A DNA stretch of 64,000 bases from Eledone cirrhosa (GCA_964016885.1 OZ024755.1:20212001-20276000); one strand, 5' to 3'. Shown: positions 13,278 to 28,809, counted from the stretch's first letter. Numbers and translations: made by a program. Notes: generated by a model from the letters alone, not told the origin.

Positions 13278-13477
13278 TATATGTGTGTGCATGTGTATAT
13301 GTATGTGTGTGTGTGTGTATGTGTGCATGTGTGTGTATGCGTGCATCTATGTGTGTGTATGCGTGCATCTATGTGTGTGTATGCCTATATGTATGTACTT
13401 GTGTGTGTATATGTATGTATGTACGTGCGTGTGTATGTATTTATGTATATGTAAGAATGTATGCATGTCTGAGTTCA

Positions 13478-13510
<33 letters not shown>

Positions 13511-13573
13511 GTGTGTGCGTGTGTGCGTGTGTGCGTGTGTGTGCGTGTGTGTGCGTGTGTGTGCGTGTATGTA
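13278..13573. repeat. (TG)n-rich microsatellite
   Basis: Direct observation. Confidence 0.95.
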
Positions 13574-14206
13574 TTAACGAGTTCTAGGCTATCACATTCC
13601 TATCAACTCTAAGATTTTGCTTCCATTTTACAGACTATGGCTTCCGTTCTGAATTCTCCATCATAGACATTTTTTTCAGAGCTATATTTTCTTTTCTTTT
13701 TTTTTTCTGTTTGTATGTCTAGAAATAACACACAAGTATTCTATATCACAGTTTCGCACGTCGTCATCTTGAGTCACTGTTCAGTTTTCTCTATTAAATT
13801 CTGCTAAAACTCAATTTCTATTTTTACTTGTGCATATCTGTTTACTTTCTGCAGTTTAGCTTTTGTTTAGTCTCCTAGAGTTCATTGAATGATAAATAGA
13901 AACGGCAAACGTGGTATTGCCTCGTAGGTTATAATTATTGTACAATATGAAGATCTTGCCAAAACAACTTTGCAATAAATTAGCATTCTACCCAGAGATT
14001 AACGTGTCATCCATCTACTTACATCAAATCAATTTGTTATAAAGTATTTTAGGAGTGGGGATAGGTTACAAATACGATATTTAAGTGACTATAGAGATGT
14101 TGCTAATGCATTAAGTGATTACCAGAATTATATTGCACGGTTTTCGGTTGAGGTTTTTCCAAATTTTAATCAGAATTATGAAGATATGTCTTTCTATATA
14201 ATACAT

Positions 14207-14325
14207 GGAGGCGCGTGGCTGAATGGGTAGAGAATTGGATTCACTATCGTGATGTTGTGAGCTCGATTCCCGGACCGGGTGATGTGTTATGTCCTTGAGC
14301 AAGACACTTTATTTCACGTTGCTCC
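14207..14325 (+). mobile_element. SINE B 5' part
   Basis: Aligns by eye to 8649-8765, including TCCTTGAGCAAGACACTTTATTTCACGTTGCTCC. Confidence 0.82.
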
Positions 14326-14434
14326 TTCTACCTGGAGTTGCGACCGACAGATAGTATTAGCAATTGGAAAGACTGATGGTCCGAACTGACGCAAGTCGAT
14401 CGACTGTCGATATAATACATACTTCATTTTCATA

Positions 14435-14618
14435 CTTCTTCATCTTCTTCGCCCACCTATTCCTGGAAGGATCATGGGGGAGCAGAGTCTTCAAACACGC
14501 CTTCCACCGGGTCCTGTCAAAAGCAACCGTTTCTAATTGATCCGACTGGATCCCCAAGCGGGACCAGCCTAGCTCATGATTGTTATCCAAACATCTTGTT
14601 CGGGCTCTACTCCTGGGT
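14435..14618 (-). mobile_element. RTE (Expander-like) LINE 3' end
   Basis: LDNNHELGWSRLGIQSDQLETVAFDRTRWKACLKTLLPHDP with a (GAA)n tail. Homologous to 2750-2915. Confidence 0.85.
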
Positions 14619-14764
14619 CAACCGCATAAATTGTAGACAGTTGCTATTGACAGATAAAAATTTGCAGATTAAAACATTACTTGCAGATTAAAATATTGTT
14701 TGTAGGCCTGACTGTGAGATTAACAAGTTCATATTGAAATCATACGTTTTCGAATCCAATTAAA

Positions 14765-14862
14765 TAACTGTTTCTACTTTAGGCACAAGGCCAGCAATTA
14801 CCCAGTACATTACTGGTACTTTATTTTATCGACCCCGTAAGGATGAAAGGCAAAGTCAACCT
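14765..14862 (-). mobile_element. 5'-truncated SINE A
   Basis: SINE A core and tail. It appears to be nested in an older degenerate SINE at about 14700-14950. Confidence 0.88.
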
Positions 14863-14956
14863 ATAACGCCACCCGTTATGCAAGTGTTCTCCTCGAAAGT
14901 CATGGTTTAACTACGTCCGTCCTTGTGTATAGAATTGGGGAGATAAAAATTGCACA

Positions 14957-15212
14957 GTGTGTGTATGTATATGTTTGGTTCATGTGTGTGTGAATGTGTG
15001 TGCAAGTGTGCAATTGTGTATGAGTGTGTATGTGTGTGAGTGAGTGTGAGTGTGTGTGTGAGTGCGTGTGCGTGAGTGTGTGTGTGCGAGTATGTGTGTG
15101 CGAGTATGTGTGTGGGGGGGAGGGGAGTGTTTGAGTGTGTGTGCCAATGTGAGTGTGTGTGTGTGTCAGTGTGAGTGTGTGTGTGTGTCAGTGTGAGTGT
15201 GTGCGAGCCAGT
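14957..15212. repeat. (TG/TGAG)n microsatellite
   Basis: Direct observation. Confidence 0.9.
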
Positions 15213-16244
15213 GTCTATATGGGAGAGTGTGTCGTTAATTTATTTCTACAAAGCATGTGATCATCACTGATTAAATCTGGAAGACCGGATGTTCTTCGAA
15301 TACATATCTTCACATATTTCAATATTTGTTTCTATACAGATTCATAAAGACTCCCTTGTTATTTGCCACGTTGCGACCTCATTGATCTCGTGAAAGATAA
15401 TAGGTTCGGAACCTTTAAATAACGAGGATTATTCTTTTTCACCAATTACTATTTAAAATATATCTAACTATAAATTTCTAAACGAAGCACGTATATCAAT
15501 ACGAGTCGTGATAGTATGCATTTTTAATACGTACTTTGGGAAATATATACAAAGCGTTTTATATTGAGGTATCGCTAGAACGTGTAGAGAATAAGGTTTT
15601 TGAGCGGGGTTCTTTGAAAAGAAATCATTCTTTATTCTCTGGAAAATGTCTCGTTTAAAACATCAGCTTTATACATTTCTTCACAATCATTCTACGTATA
15701 ATGATATTGCTAACATATCCCAAATGCTTTTCATTATTTAATTGAGCTTGCTTATAGTAAGAAAAAAGATAACCCAATTATATTATATTTAACAAAGCTA
15801 ATTCTTTCTAAAATTGCCTTTCACAATAATACATTCTGTTATTTGAATATGATAGTGAAACAGTCTGAGGCGTTAATAGGTATTCGTAGTAGCTACTCAA
15901 TTATACGAACTTTATTTGGAAATGATTATCTTATTACTGTTGTCAAAGAATCGTTACAAATTTGAACATTTATTGAAACGTATAAGTGTATGATTAATTT
16001 CATTTGACAAGGGGTGGGGATTCCACTCCATAACGATTTTTAAAAGTATTTTGCTTAACGAAAGATATGCTACTGTTCCAAAGATTTTAAGCTCTAAAAC
16101 ATATAATTTAAAATAAACTCTACAGATTCTGTTATAGGGTAGACGTCTGTTAGAAAACATGTGTATAACACAATAAGATATATATTTGTTTAAAAACTTA
16201 ATGGAACTCTGTAATAGTCTAACCAAAAGTTTTAAGCATGTTTC

Positions 16245-16388
16245 GAGCCCGGAGGCTCATCAGGCAAGTCCTCAGCCCAGTGTTTTCGTGGCGTTAAATG
16301 ACAGAGTACAAAACTTCCCCCTGGACAGGACGAGAGTCCATCACAGAGTTAAATTGCCAGATATTGCTGGTACTCATTTTCAGCTGTG
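16245..16388 (-). mobile_element. V-SINE-like 3' fragment
   Basis: Minus strand reads AAATGAGTACCAGC...GATGGACTCTCGTCCTGTCCAGGGGG, resembling the V-domain GATGGACTGGCGTCCTGTCCAGGG. Confidence 0.65.
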
Positions 16389-16689
16389 TATAATGCTTTT
16401 TTTTCTCTTATAGACTTGTTTAAAATATTTTACGTTTGATATTAGTTTCCTTGTAATAAGAGGCGAAATAATGTTGCAGCATTTTCACTCATCATGTCAC
16501 ATGTTAGAATTACATTATACACCCCTTCCCCCATGTCTCATATCTTCATTTAAGATAAAAGGATAAAGATCCCATAACTCATTGTGGGGTCGTAGAAGCA
16601 ACGTCATACGCATGTCTAGGGCACTTTTAAACCTGGCCGAGCCCAACCCTCTCTAGGTCTGAACACAGCCGATTTGTCTATAGAGGAAG

Positions 16690-16852
16690 AATCGACCCCA
16701 GTATTAGACTGGTACTTTTTTTTATCAACCTCGAAAGGATGAAAGGCAAAGTTGATCCAGGCGGGATTTGAACTCAGAGAGCGCAATGAGGTGGAACGAA
16801 CACCATAAAGCATTCTTTCTGACGTCTTAATGACTCAGCCAATTCGCCGCCT
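16690..16852 (-). mobile_element. older SINE A copy
   Basis: Diverged core GGATGAAAGGCAAAGTTGA...GGATTTGAACTCAG and head CAGCCAATTCGCCGCC. Confidence 0.8.
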
Positions 16853-18916
16853 CTTTCTTCATTTACTCTCTCCTATAAAAATTATTAAATATTAGAATTT
16901 CGTTTTTTTTAACTAGCTATGATTATATATTTTCAACCCATAAAGAATCTTTTAATATATGCCTACATATTTTCAAAATTACGAGCATGTGTTTGTGGTC
17001 AAAGATCAGAGAAAAGTCCTTAAGTTCTTCCAATGAGAATATCTATACCTTCATTTGACAAGTGTAATATGAAGTAAATATATTGCCAATAACATATTTC
17101 TCGGGATTTCTAAGAAATTGTACTTTGGTGCAATTTCAGTTAAATTGGTATCTTATTGGTATCCATATAGCTAACTCTTCTACCTGGAGTAGCGACCGAT
17201 AGATAGTATTAGCAATTGGAAAGACTAGTGGAAGTATTGTTTCCTCGGTCCGATTTAACGAAAGTCGATATAGCCAACTAATTTACACCACTATTAGAAC
17301 AGTTTATCATTTAAGTATATTTTCGGTTAAATGTCTGGTTTTTCTTTTATTTTTAAACTTCCTAATTATTATTAGTGCAGCCCTCATCAACATGCCGCAC
17401 TTCCACATCTACTTCATGCTCCAACCTTTATCTTCTTTCTCCACTTTATTCACTATCACCTCTACCACCTCTTCATTTTACTCTACATCATCCACATATT
17501 TCCTTTCTCATTCCGTCTCTTCTCTCCTCTTTATCACCTCTTCCCTCTCTCTTCTTCACCCGACACACTATCATCATTGTTTTCATTGTTTTTATTGTTT
17601 TTAGTGTTTTTATCATAATCACTATCATTTCTGCCGCCGTCTAATTCTATTGTCATATATATTCATTGTTAATGTCATATACGTTGTTATTAAGAGTTGC
17701 TATTGTTATTGCTACACATGTTAGAAGTAGTGAATATTTATTGATTCTGATGATGGGACAGTAGTTGTTGCTATTATTGTTGTTGTTGCTGCTTTCGATA
17801 CTGAGCTACAGATTAGTTTCTATTGTTGATGTTTAGCGCTAGGACAGTTAACATGATTCAGCAAACAAATGATCAATGATATGCTAACACTAACCATCTA
17901 TCATGTTCCCATGAGGAGTATGTACGGAGAGGGGGGGGGTGAATCATATTATCCAACATGTTCTTTTTTCAGAATGTTAATGAGTAATTTGAGGGAGATT
18001 TGGTTACATTTTCTAGCATGTCAAATAAACCAAATAATGTTTTTCCTGGAGTTACATAATATGGCAAAACTACGAACTTTTAAGTAGAATGTTTAGTTTG
18101 GAACCTGAGTAATAAGACAGATTAGAGGTGACATTTATAGACGAAACGAGTCGGAAACGAGGTGCTATCTATTTTACTTGTTCGGAGAGCAAGAAAATGT
18201 TTTTTCTTTTATAAATCAATATTACGAATCCTAGAGACAACATTAACCAAAATTAATTTAACAATCGAAAAATACTCTGAGACTAAACAGTACAGACTTA
18301 TTATATTTGTCCTATATGTTACATTTCGAATATAAGACACTTTTTTCGAACGCTTTTTAAAATAACCCAATGTTTGGAGTGATTTATTACTCTAAAACAA
18401 CTTACTATTTATCTGGTGCTTAGAACACAAAGGTGTTTACATAAAAATATAATAGAAGGTATTTAGATGAATTATAAACACTTTAAAACAAACAGCTTTG
18501 CATCATAGAACGCGAGCCTTTTTCAGGCGGTTTGGTATCAAATTGAAAAATGTTTATCAGATTATCCCAGCCACTAGTACACAGAGTGTCCCTCTATGGG
18601 TGTTTAAAATCTAAAAAGAATAATGAAAGGAGTCACGTTCAACAGTTCAGTTTAGGTAGATTTATCGAAATGTTTGCACAATAAAGACAAATTAAATCAA
18701 AATGGTTCTGATCTGGAAATCTAACAAATAAACATCTATTGAAATCAAGGGACAAGTTTCGGTGTTGTTGAGAGAATCTCAGGCGATCGATGTTTTCAAT
18801 TCAATATGTTAGATGTTGTGTTCTTTGTGTACTCTAAGTAAAATGCTACATCAACAGTTTTTCTCAGCCAATAACATTGATAATCTGAAACTAGGTTAAG
18901 ACAAGAATAACGCCTA

Positions 18917-19275
18917 TTTTTCTTTTCTTCGCTTACTTATTCATGTGACGCTTTTGGGTGATCAGAATCATCAAAAACGCCTTCCAGGGGGTCCCGTGAG
19001 CAGCAACCGTCTCCAGTTGATTCAGTTGGATCTCGAAACAGGACAAACCATGGATGTTATCCAACCATCTTACTCCCGATCTCTCCGCCGGTCTCCCCGC
19101 CGGTCTCCCCACCGGCTGATTTTGCCCTTAAAATCTGTCCAACGATTATTTCCGGATACATTTTATCATATGTCAGTAATATCGGAGGCTGTGTTCTCTC
19201 GATTTTGACGAGTAGGGGCTCTATCTGGAGCAACTCCCCACCCTCTGAGCTAAGCACCGTATCCAATAACGTTAC
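18917..19275 (-). mobile_element. RTE (Expander-like) LINE 3' fragment
   Basis: VTLLDTVLSSEGGELLQIEPLLVKIERTQ...QILRAKSAG. Homologous to 2572-2915. Confidence 0.8.
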
Positions 19276-19418
19276 TTTAAAAACCCTTTTAAAACTGATA
19301 ATATCCAGAGAAATATATTATTTTGGAGGAGAAAATATTGTTATTCTAAAGTCGTAAAACTCCTTCAATATATATGAATAACTGAAAATAAATTAATTCA
19401 TATATATATATGTATGTG

Positions 19419-19469
<51 letters not shown>

Positions 19470-19530
19470 TAGATGATATATATATATCATTATGTGCCAA
19501 AAGTAGAAACAATTATTTTATGTATATGTT

Positions 19531-19712
19531 GGATTGGCAATATCGGTAGAGGGTCGGACGCCATGCTTTGACGCATAGAGTTACGGCCCTTGCCATTCTG
19601 AGTTCAAATCCCGCCGAGGTTAACTTTGCCTTTCATCCTTACGGGGTCGATAAAATAAAGTACCAGTAATGCACTGGGTATTTGCCGGTCTTGTGCGAAA
19701 AGTAGAAACAAT
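19531..19712 (+). mobile_element. SINE A
   Basis: Near full-length. Flanked by duplicated GTAGAAACAATTATTTTATGTATATGTT. Confidence 0.9.
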
Positions 19713-19731
19713 TATTTTATGTATATGTTAA

Positions 19732-19763
19732 GTCTCTGTGGCTCAATCGGTTAGCGCGTTCGA

Positions 19764-19798
<35 letters not shown>

Positions 19799-19805
19799 AG
19801 GGACG
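19732..19805 (+). tRNA. trnN-GTT: tRNA-Asn (GTT), possibly a pseudogene or retrocopy
   Basis: GTCTCTGTGGCTCAATCGGTTAGCGCGTTCGACTGTTAACCGAAAGGTTGGTGGTTCAAGCCCACCCAGGGACG folds as a cloverleaf nearly identical to the canonical metazoan tRNA-Asn. It has one D-stem mismatch (T:C) and one anticodon-stem mismatch (A:C), and a short T-run downstream. Confidence 0.9.
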
Positions 19806-19823
19806 ATGCTATTTCTTTTCATT

Positions 19824-20022
19824 AGGGCGGTGGAGTGGCAGTATCGGTAGAGGGTCGGACGCCATGCTTTGACGCACAGAATTACGGCCCTTTCCATCCT
19901 GAATTCAAATCCCGCCGAGGTCAACTTTGCCTTTCATCCTTACGGGGTCGATAAAATACCAGATAAAGTACCAGTAATGTACTGGTTTTTATTGCTGGCC
20001 TTGTGCCAAATGTAGAAACAAT
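19824..20022 (+). mobile_element. SINE A, full length
   Basis: GGGCGGTGGAGTGGCAGTATCGG head through the GTAGAAACAATT tail. Confidence 0.9.
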
Positions 20023-20339
20023 TATTTTATGTATATATAAATAAATAATTGGAATAATGATAATTGCCATGATTTCACTGCTGCTGATAGTGATCAGGTT
20101 AAATTTGATGGGAGAGATATATGTCATGATGATATAGAGGAGGATGTAGCCGGAGGAGGGCTGTACAACAATGGTATTCATGTAACAGTATTGGTATAAT
20201 GAGAATGACGATGGTAGTAATGGTGGTGGGGAGGGGGGGGTCAACGCCGTATTGGTGATAATGTTAATAATAATGAAGGGGGGGAGGGTGTAGTGGGAGA
20301 AATAATTATGAAGAATGTGATAAACATGAAACTGATAAT

Positions 20340-20990
20340 AGTGGTGGTGGGAGTAGTATGGGTGGTGATGTGGTGGTGGAGGTGGTGATGTGGTGGTGGT
20401 GATGTGGTGGTGATGTGGTGGTGGTGATGTGGTGGTGTGGTGGTGGTGTGGTGGTGATGTGGTGGTGTGGTGGTGATGTGGTGGTGGTGGTGGTGGTGTG
20501 GATGTGGTTGTGGATGATGTGGGTGACGGGTTTGCTGTGGGTGGTGGTGTGGTGGTGATGTGGTAGCAGTGTGGTAGTGGTGGTGGTGTGGTGGTGGTGG
20601 TGTGGATGGCGGTGATGTGATGATGGTGGCGGTGATGTGATGATGGTGGTGGTGGTGTGACCTTGTTGTTGTTGTGAGTGGTGGTGTGGTGGTTGTGGAC
20701 GTGGTGGTAGTAGTGTGGACCGTGGTGGTGGTGGTGTGGGTGACGGTCTTTCTGTGGGTGGTGATATGGGCGGTGGTGGTGGGGTGGGTGGTGTTGCTGC
20801 TGCTGCTGGCGGTGATTGTTTTGATGATAGACATGATGATTATGGCAAAGAAATGATGATGACGATAATGATGATGACGATAATGATGATAATGATGATG
20901 ATGACGATAATGACGATAATGATGATAATGATGATGATGACGATAATGACGATAATGATGATGATCATAATCATCGTCATTGCAACGATG
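20340..20990. repeat. (GGT/GTG)n then (GAT/GAC)n trinucleotide low-complexity tract
   Basis: Direct observation. Confidence 0.93.
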
Positions 20991-21082
20991 ATGCTGACAG
21001 GTTAGATGACTATAGAAAAGATAACTGGGTGGCTGTTGCTTCCATTATCTCTCAGTCGACATTAACCACATCAGCTACCACT

Positions 21083-21570
21083 GCTAAATAACACCACACC
21101 CATCGCCACCACCGCCTCTAAATAACATCACACCCATCGCCACCACCGCCTCTAAAGAGCGCCACACTCATCACACCCATCGCCACCACCACCTCTAAAT
21201 AACATCACACCCATCGCCACCACCGCCTCTAAAGACCGCCACACTCTTCACACCCATCACCACCACCGCCTCTAAGTAACACCACACCCATCGCCACCAC
21301 CGCCTCTAAAGATCGACACACTCATCACACCCATCGCCACCACCGCCTCTAAGTAACACCACACCCATCGCCACCACCGCCTCTAAAGACCGCCACACTC
21401 ATCACACCCATCGCCACCACCGCCTCTAAGTAACACCACACCCATCGCCACCACCGCCTCTAAAGATCGACACACTCATCACACCCATCGCCACCACCGC
21501 CTCTAAGTAACACCACACCCATCACACCCATCGCCACCACCGCCTCTAAAGACCACCACACCCATCACAC
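21083..21570. repeat. minisatellite with a 77-bp higher-order unit (34+43 bp)
   Basis: The core CACACCCATCGCCACCACCGCCTCTAA recurs about 12 times with alternating 7-nt and 16-nt linkers. Confidence 0.92.
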
Positions 21571-22484
21571 CAACCACCATCACCACCACCACCATTATTA
21601 TAATCTTCGTGGTTCGAGAACTCTCATTAGTTCGCCTAGTATTTCTATTTTTGATATTGACATTGAAATGATAAGCTGTGAGGGATTACTTCAATATGGA
21701 TGTATATTATATTTTATATTACTCGTTTTACGGATAAGCTTTTAGAATTTTCTAAGTTTTTTGGGGGTTTTATTTTTATCTCAACGACACCCCAACCATT
21801 TGTCATCGACATTTCTGATAAAGTTTTCCGTTATTTTTTATTTTTTTATCTATTTTATTTCTATTTCATTTTAGGATTTCTAGATCCGTTTATCATTTAT
21901 CAGCATCGAACTTCCCCCACTACTACACCATCAGCCTTCCCCTCTACTAGACCCGTTTCAATTAGATTACCTTGACCGATAGTATTGATTACGTTAGTTA
22001 TCTCACTTTGTGCTAATTATACATTGACGAATGTTCTTTTGGCGTTACGTTAAGTTGTTTCCAGCAGGCAATTCTTTCTGATACCAGGGAATGACAGTGA
22101 TAATGGCGATGACGATCACGCCAGCTACAGTTATGATGGTGAAACACACTTAGACATAAACGCATATATTCATACATATATACATCGCCAGTAATGTATA
22201 CATACGAAAAGTGTATGTAAACGAATATATACATATTTCGATGCTATATAGCTGTCAGAAAAACATGTCTATTTTCCAGAAAGTTCCATATCAAATGAGT
22301 ATGAATTGTTAACATAGTACAGTCATAGACAAACTGTCGTTGAAATGTTCGCTTCGTAACCGTCTCGCCTGGAGTGATAACCCATTGACTAAATACGTAA
22401 GAGAAATATAAGAATATATATATTTAGGGCTATCAGTCGCTACGGTGATTTATTTTCAGCAAGAATTATGAAAAGTGCTGCATT

Positions 22485-22682
22485 GTTTGGCAGAGGGTCG
22501 GACGCCATGCTTTGCAGCATAGAGTTACAGCCCATTATGATCTGAGTTCAAATCCGCCGAGGTTAACTCTGCCTTTCATCTTTACGGGGTCGATAAAATA
22601 AAGTACCAGTCACGCACTGGGGTCGATTTAATCGATTTTCCCCTCCCCCCAAAACTGCTGGCCTTGTGCCTATATAAGAAAA
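22485..22682 (+). mobile_element. SINE A (long tail variant)
   Basis: Core plus a CACGCACTGGGGTCGATTTAATCGA...CCCTCCCCC tail. Confidence 0.88.
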
Positions 22683-22720
22683 ACCATTATTATTATTATT
22701 AGTAGTAGTAGTAGTAGTAA

Positions 22721-22851
22721 TAGTACAGACTAAAAGGGTAAGCATTGAATTTCTGCTTTCACCCGAAGCGGGATCATCTGAAACAGTTTCAAGTGATCCG
22801 GCGCTTCGGGTGAAAGCAGACATTTATTGCTTAAACTTTTAATCTGTACTA
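22721..22851. repeat. imperfect inverted repeat (fold-back)
   Basis: Arms at 22721-22776 and 22794-22851 (TCTGCTTTCACCCGAAGCG / CGCTTCGGGTGAAAGCAGA) with a 17-nt loop. Confidence 0.85.
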
Positions 22852-22881
22852 CAACTACTACTACTTCTACCACCACTATTA

Positions 22882-23053
22882 ACAATTGTTTCTACTTTAG
22901 GCACAAGGCCAGCAATTACCCAGTGCATTACTGGTACTTTATTTTATCGACCCCGTAAGGATGAAAGGCAAAGTCAACCTCGGCGGGATTTGAACTCAGA
23001 TCGTAAAGGGACGTAACTATGCTGAAAAGCATGGCGTCCGACCCTCAACCAAT
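22882..23053 (-). mobile_element. SINE A
   Basis: Near full-length match. Confidence 0.9.
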
Positions 23054-23068
23054 ACACTATTAATAATG

Positions 23069-23131
<63 letters not shown>

Positions 23132-24265
23132 ATCCAATGCTTGAGGTTCTTCATATATCGCTTGACTTGCTAGAATATGAGCCAAACAACCCATATATCA
23201 CATATTCCTGTCTTGAAGAAGCAGATAGTGAATAATGTAATTTAGAACTATTGTCTTAAAAAAACAAGACGTGTTGCCATGGATTGAACGCCTAGCACAA
23301 ACAGTAGTTTTCATAAGCGACCATCTACCACTAAACTGGAACAGCAAGTACAGCAAACATAATATTTTATGCGTTTCAGTTTCCGAATTATCGAAAAGAC
23401 AATATCGTTTGCAACTCTTAGATATGTTTATCATATATAAATATTCCATTCATAGAATTAGGTTAACTCAACTAAAATGTAATTATATAGTTGCTGTTCG
23501 AAAATGTTTATGTTTCAACAACAAATAATCTAGTTCAAACTTCATTTAAACACTAAGACAATTTCTGTTTCAGTTTTACTATAACTGAATTATTTCTACA
23601 TTGCCGTCTAATGTTTCTGAATATATGCAATACACTTTAAGATTATTTGAATATTTTTAAAGATTCAGAATTTTAATTATTTTCCTGCGGTGTTTTAGAG
23701 AAGAGAAGGTAAACTATAAACGTATCATGTGCTTATAGAAAACTAGTTTCACTGCTACACTTTCGTTAAATCGTGATGTAGGTACGTGTGTTTCATGAAA
23801 GCTTTCACGTAGAGTTAAATTAAATATAACATTAGAATATTATTTTGTACTTGAATATAAGTCAGATTGAATTCGTACAATTTCTACTAAACTCAAATTT
23901 AATTTACAATGAAAGAAAGGGTGGAATAGTACTTATCATTATAGAGAAGGAAACATATCAAGTTCTGAGAGCTGCCTAAAAATAATTTAGAAAAAAAATG
24001 AGAAAAAATATTTTCCGTGAAATATTTAGGTTTCAAAGTAATTTTGAGATAATTTAAACCAATAATTTGAGGAAATGGTACAGTAAAATTGTGGCTTCAG
24101 AATATATTTGTATGTAACAAAGAACATTTAGACAAACAATCAGAGATAATTCAATATTTCGAAAATAATAAAAATAATAATGGCTTCTTGAAATTAAATA
24201 TAATTAATACATTGCAAAGTAACGCACAATCACAGACAGACACACGCTTAAACACATGTATATAC

Positions 24266-24310
<45 letters not shown>

Positions 24311-24472
24311 GTGAGGGTTTTTTACAAAATGAAAAATAACCGGTGTCCTACACGAGTGAAAGTATAAAGAAAAAAAGATGAAATCGAAAATGTAACTGGA
24401 GTCTATACATATATTTTATGCGTCTCAGTTTCCGAATTATCGAAAAGACAATACCGTTCGCAACTCTTAGAT

Positions 24473-26891
<2,419 letters not shown>

Positions 26892-27427
26892 CGTCCAACC
26901 ATGGACTTTCCACTTCAGCCCAACTGCGTAACACCGTTGATCAATTTGGAAGAAAATACGCACATTTGACATATTTACATGTCAATGTACTAAAAATGTG
27001 TAAATTTATAAAAACATTGACGCAGTCGTGCTTTTTCTTAATCTCTCTATACATACATATATAACCTCGGCTGCTTAGCACACAACGAAAGTGAGCACCA
27101 ACAATTTGTAAATTAGTATGTCCATTTCTGGATACTACTGTACAGGTTATATAAATGCCTCCATTACGTATTTCTTTGTAGTTTCTTAAATGGTAGATAT
27201 CTCTTCTGGTGGAAGTCCAATTAGGTGTGAAAATTCAATTAGAGATGTTTATCATATTTTTTTTTTTTTCATTTTAAGGGAAATTCGCATATTTGGCACG
27301 CTTACAATTCTATACACTAAATTTTTGTATATCTTTATATACACATTTACGTAGTCTTGGTTTCATCTCCTCTGTATGTATATATACATAGTCCTGGTTT
27401 CATCTCGACTATATATACATACATACA

Positions 27428-27459
<32 letters not shown>

Positions 27460-28471
27460 GACACACATGTTTTTTTTCCCATTTTCTTTGTCCTATGTTT
27501 CCCCTATTTTGAATATATATGTATATATTATTAATATATTAGGGAACAAGGAATCACTGTTGCATCATATATATATTTTATTACATATTACATATGTTTC
27601 ATTCTCGATCAGCTCGAGGAACGATCTATAAATGATCGGACCTGACTCTGGAATGGGAAGCTCCTCATAAGTTTTAACATGTAGACTGGCGTCTATATAT
27701 ATATTATATATATATATATATATATAAAAGGTAAACAGAAATAACAACACAATCGGTACAGTGTATGGAAGGTATATATTAGGTTAACGCTTGATATAGC
27801 AGGATCATGCATATATAATTACATACATAAAATATGGGTTTATGCGTGTGTGTAAATACACACGTTCATATGTATACATATATATATATACACACACAGT
27901 GGTAAAAAGCTCACAGGGGAGCTGGAGAGCATATAGTCTTGAGAGAAGAAACCCCATTCAAGTAACCTTTTTGACCCTTAATATATAATACTGTAATATA
28001 TAACATGCCTAAGTAATAACGAGGCAAGAGGTTATTTATTCACCACGCTATTCCCTATTTATTAAATATTATTTACCATGTTCTATGAGATAAACCAACA
28101 TATATTTTCCGCATCATTCAATTAGTCATATATTAGACGCAAAGTATTAGCAAAACAGGATGCATGTAGCTACAGTCTATATATACATAATATACTACGC
28201 ATCAAGATATATGTCTTGATTAAACATGGTGAAAAAGTTGTTGTAACGATCAGGTTATTGATGTTTAGCATTGAACACGTATGGCAGCAAATATTAAAAC
28301 AAAACAGAATGTTAATCTCAACGTATAAAACTAATTACATGTTATTAAGTATACTATTGCGGTAGATATATTTATCAAGAAATATGTAACAAACTGGCAA
28401 TATTCCAGCAATCGAGGAAATATATATTTTAACGCTGTTCCTATTAATAAATCTCATCATTTAATATTAAA

Positions 28472-28691
28472 GATATATATATATATATATATACACATTG
28501 TATATACACACACACACAGATATATATATATATATATAAATACACAGTATATACACACGCATATACATAGATATATACGTATGTATATATAAATACACAC
28601 ATACACACATTATATACGCACACACATATGCATATATATATATATATATATAGGTATGTATATATAATACACACATATACATACAGTATAT

Positions 28692-28724
<33 letters not shown>

Positions 28725-28809
28725 AGCAGGTATATATAATACACACATACATACTCATTATATACACACACACATATATATATATATAGGTAGATATATA
28801 TAAATACTT

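Noticed and set aside
16232-16270. CTGATGAGCCTCCGGGCTCGAAAC on the minus strand as a hammerhead
   Set aside because: It lies in the tail of a V-SINE-like repeat. The stem overlaps the core box and there is no stem I pairing.
20241-21005. His/Thr/Pro-rich and Met-rich ORFs
   Set aside because: Trinucleotide repeat translations.
21083-21570. CRISPR-like repeat-spacer appearance
   Set aside because: The linkers are short, only of two recurring types and not unique. There are no cas genes and the context is eukaryotic.
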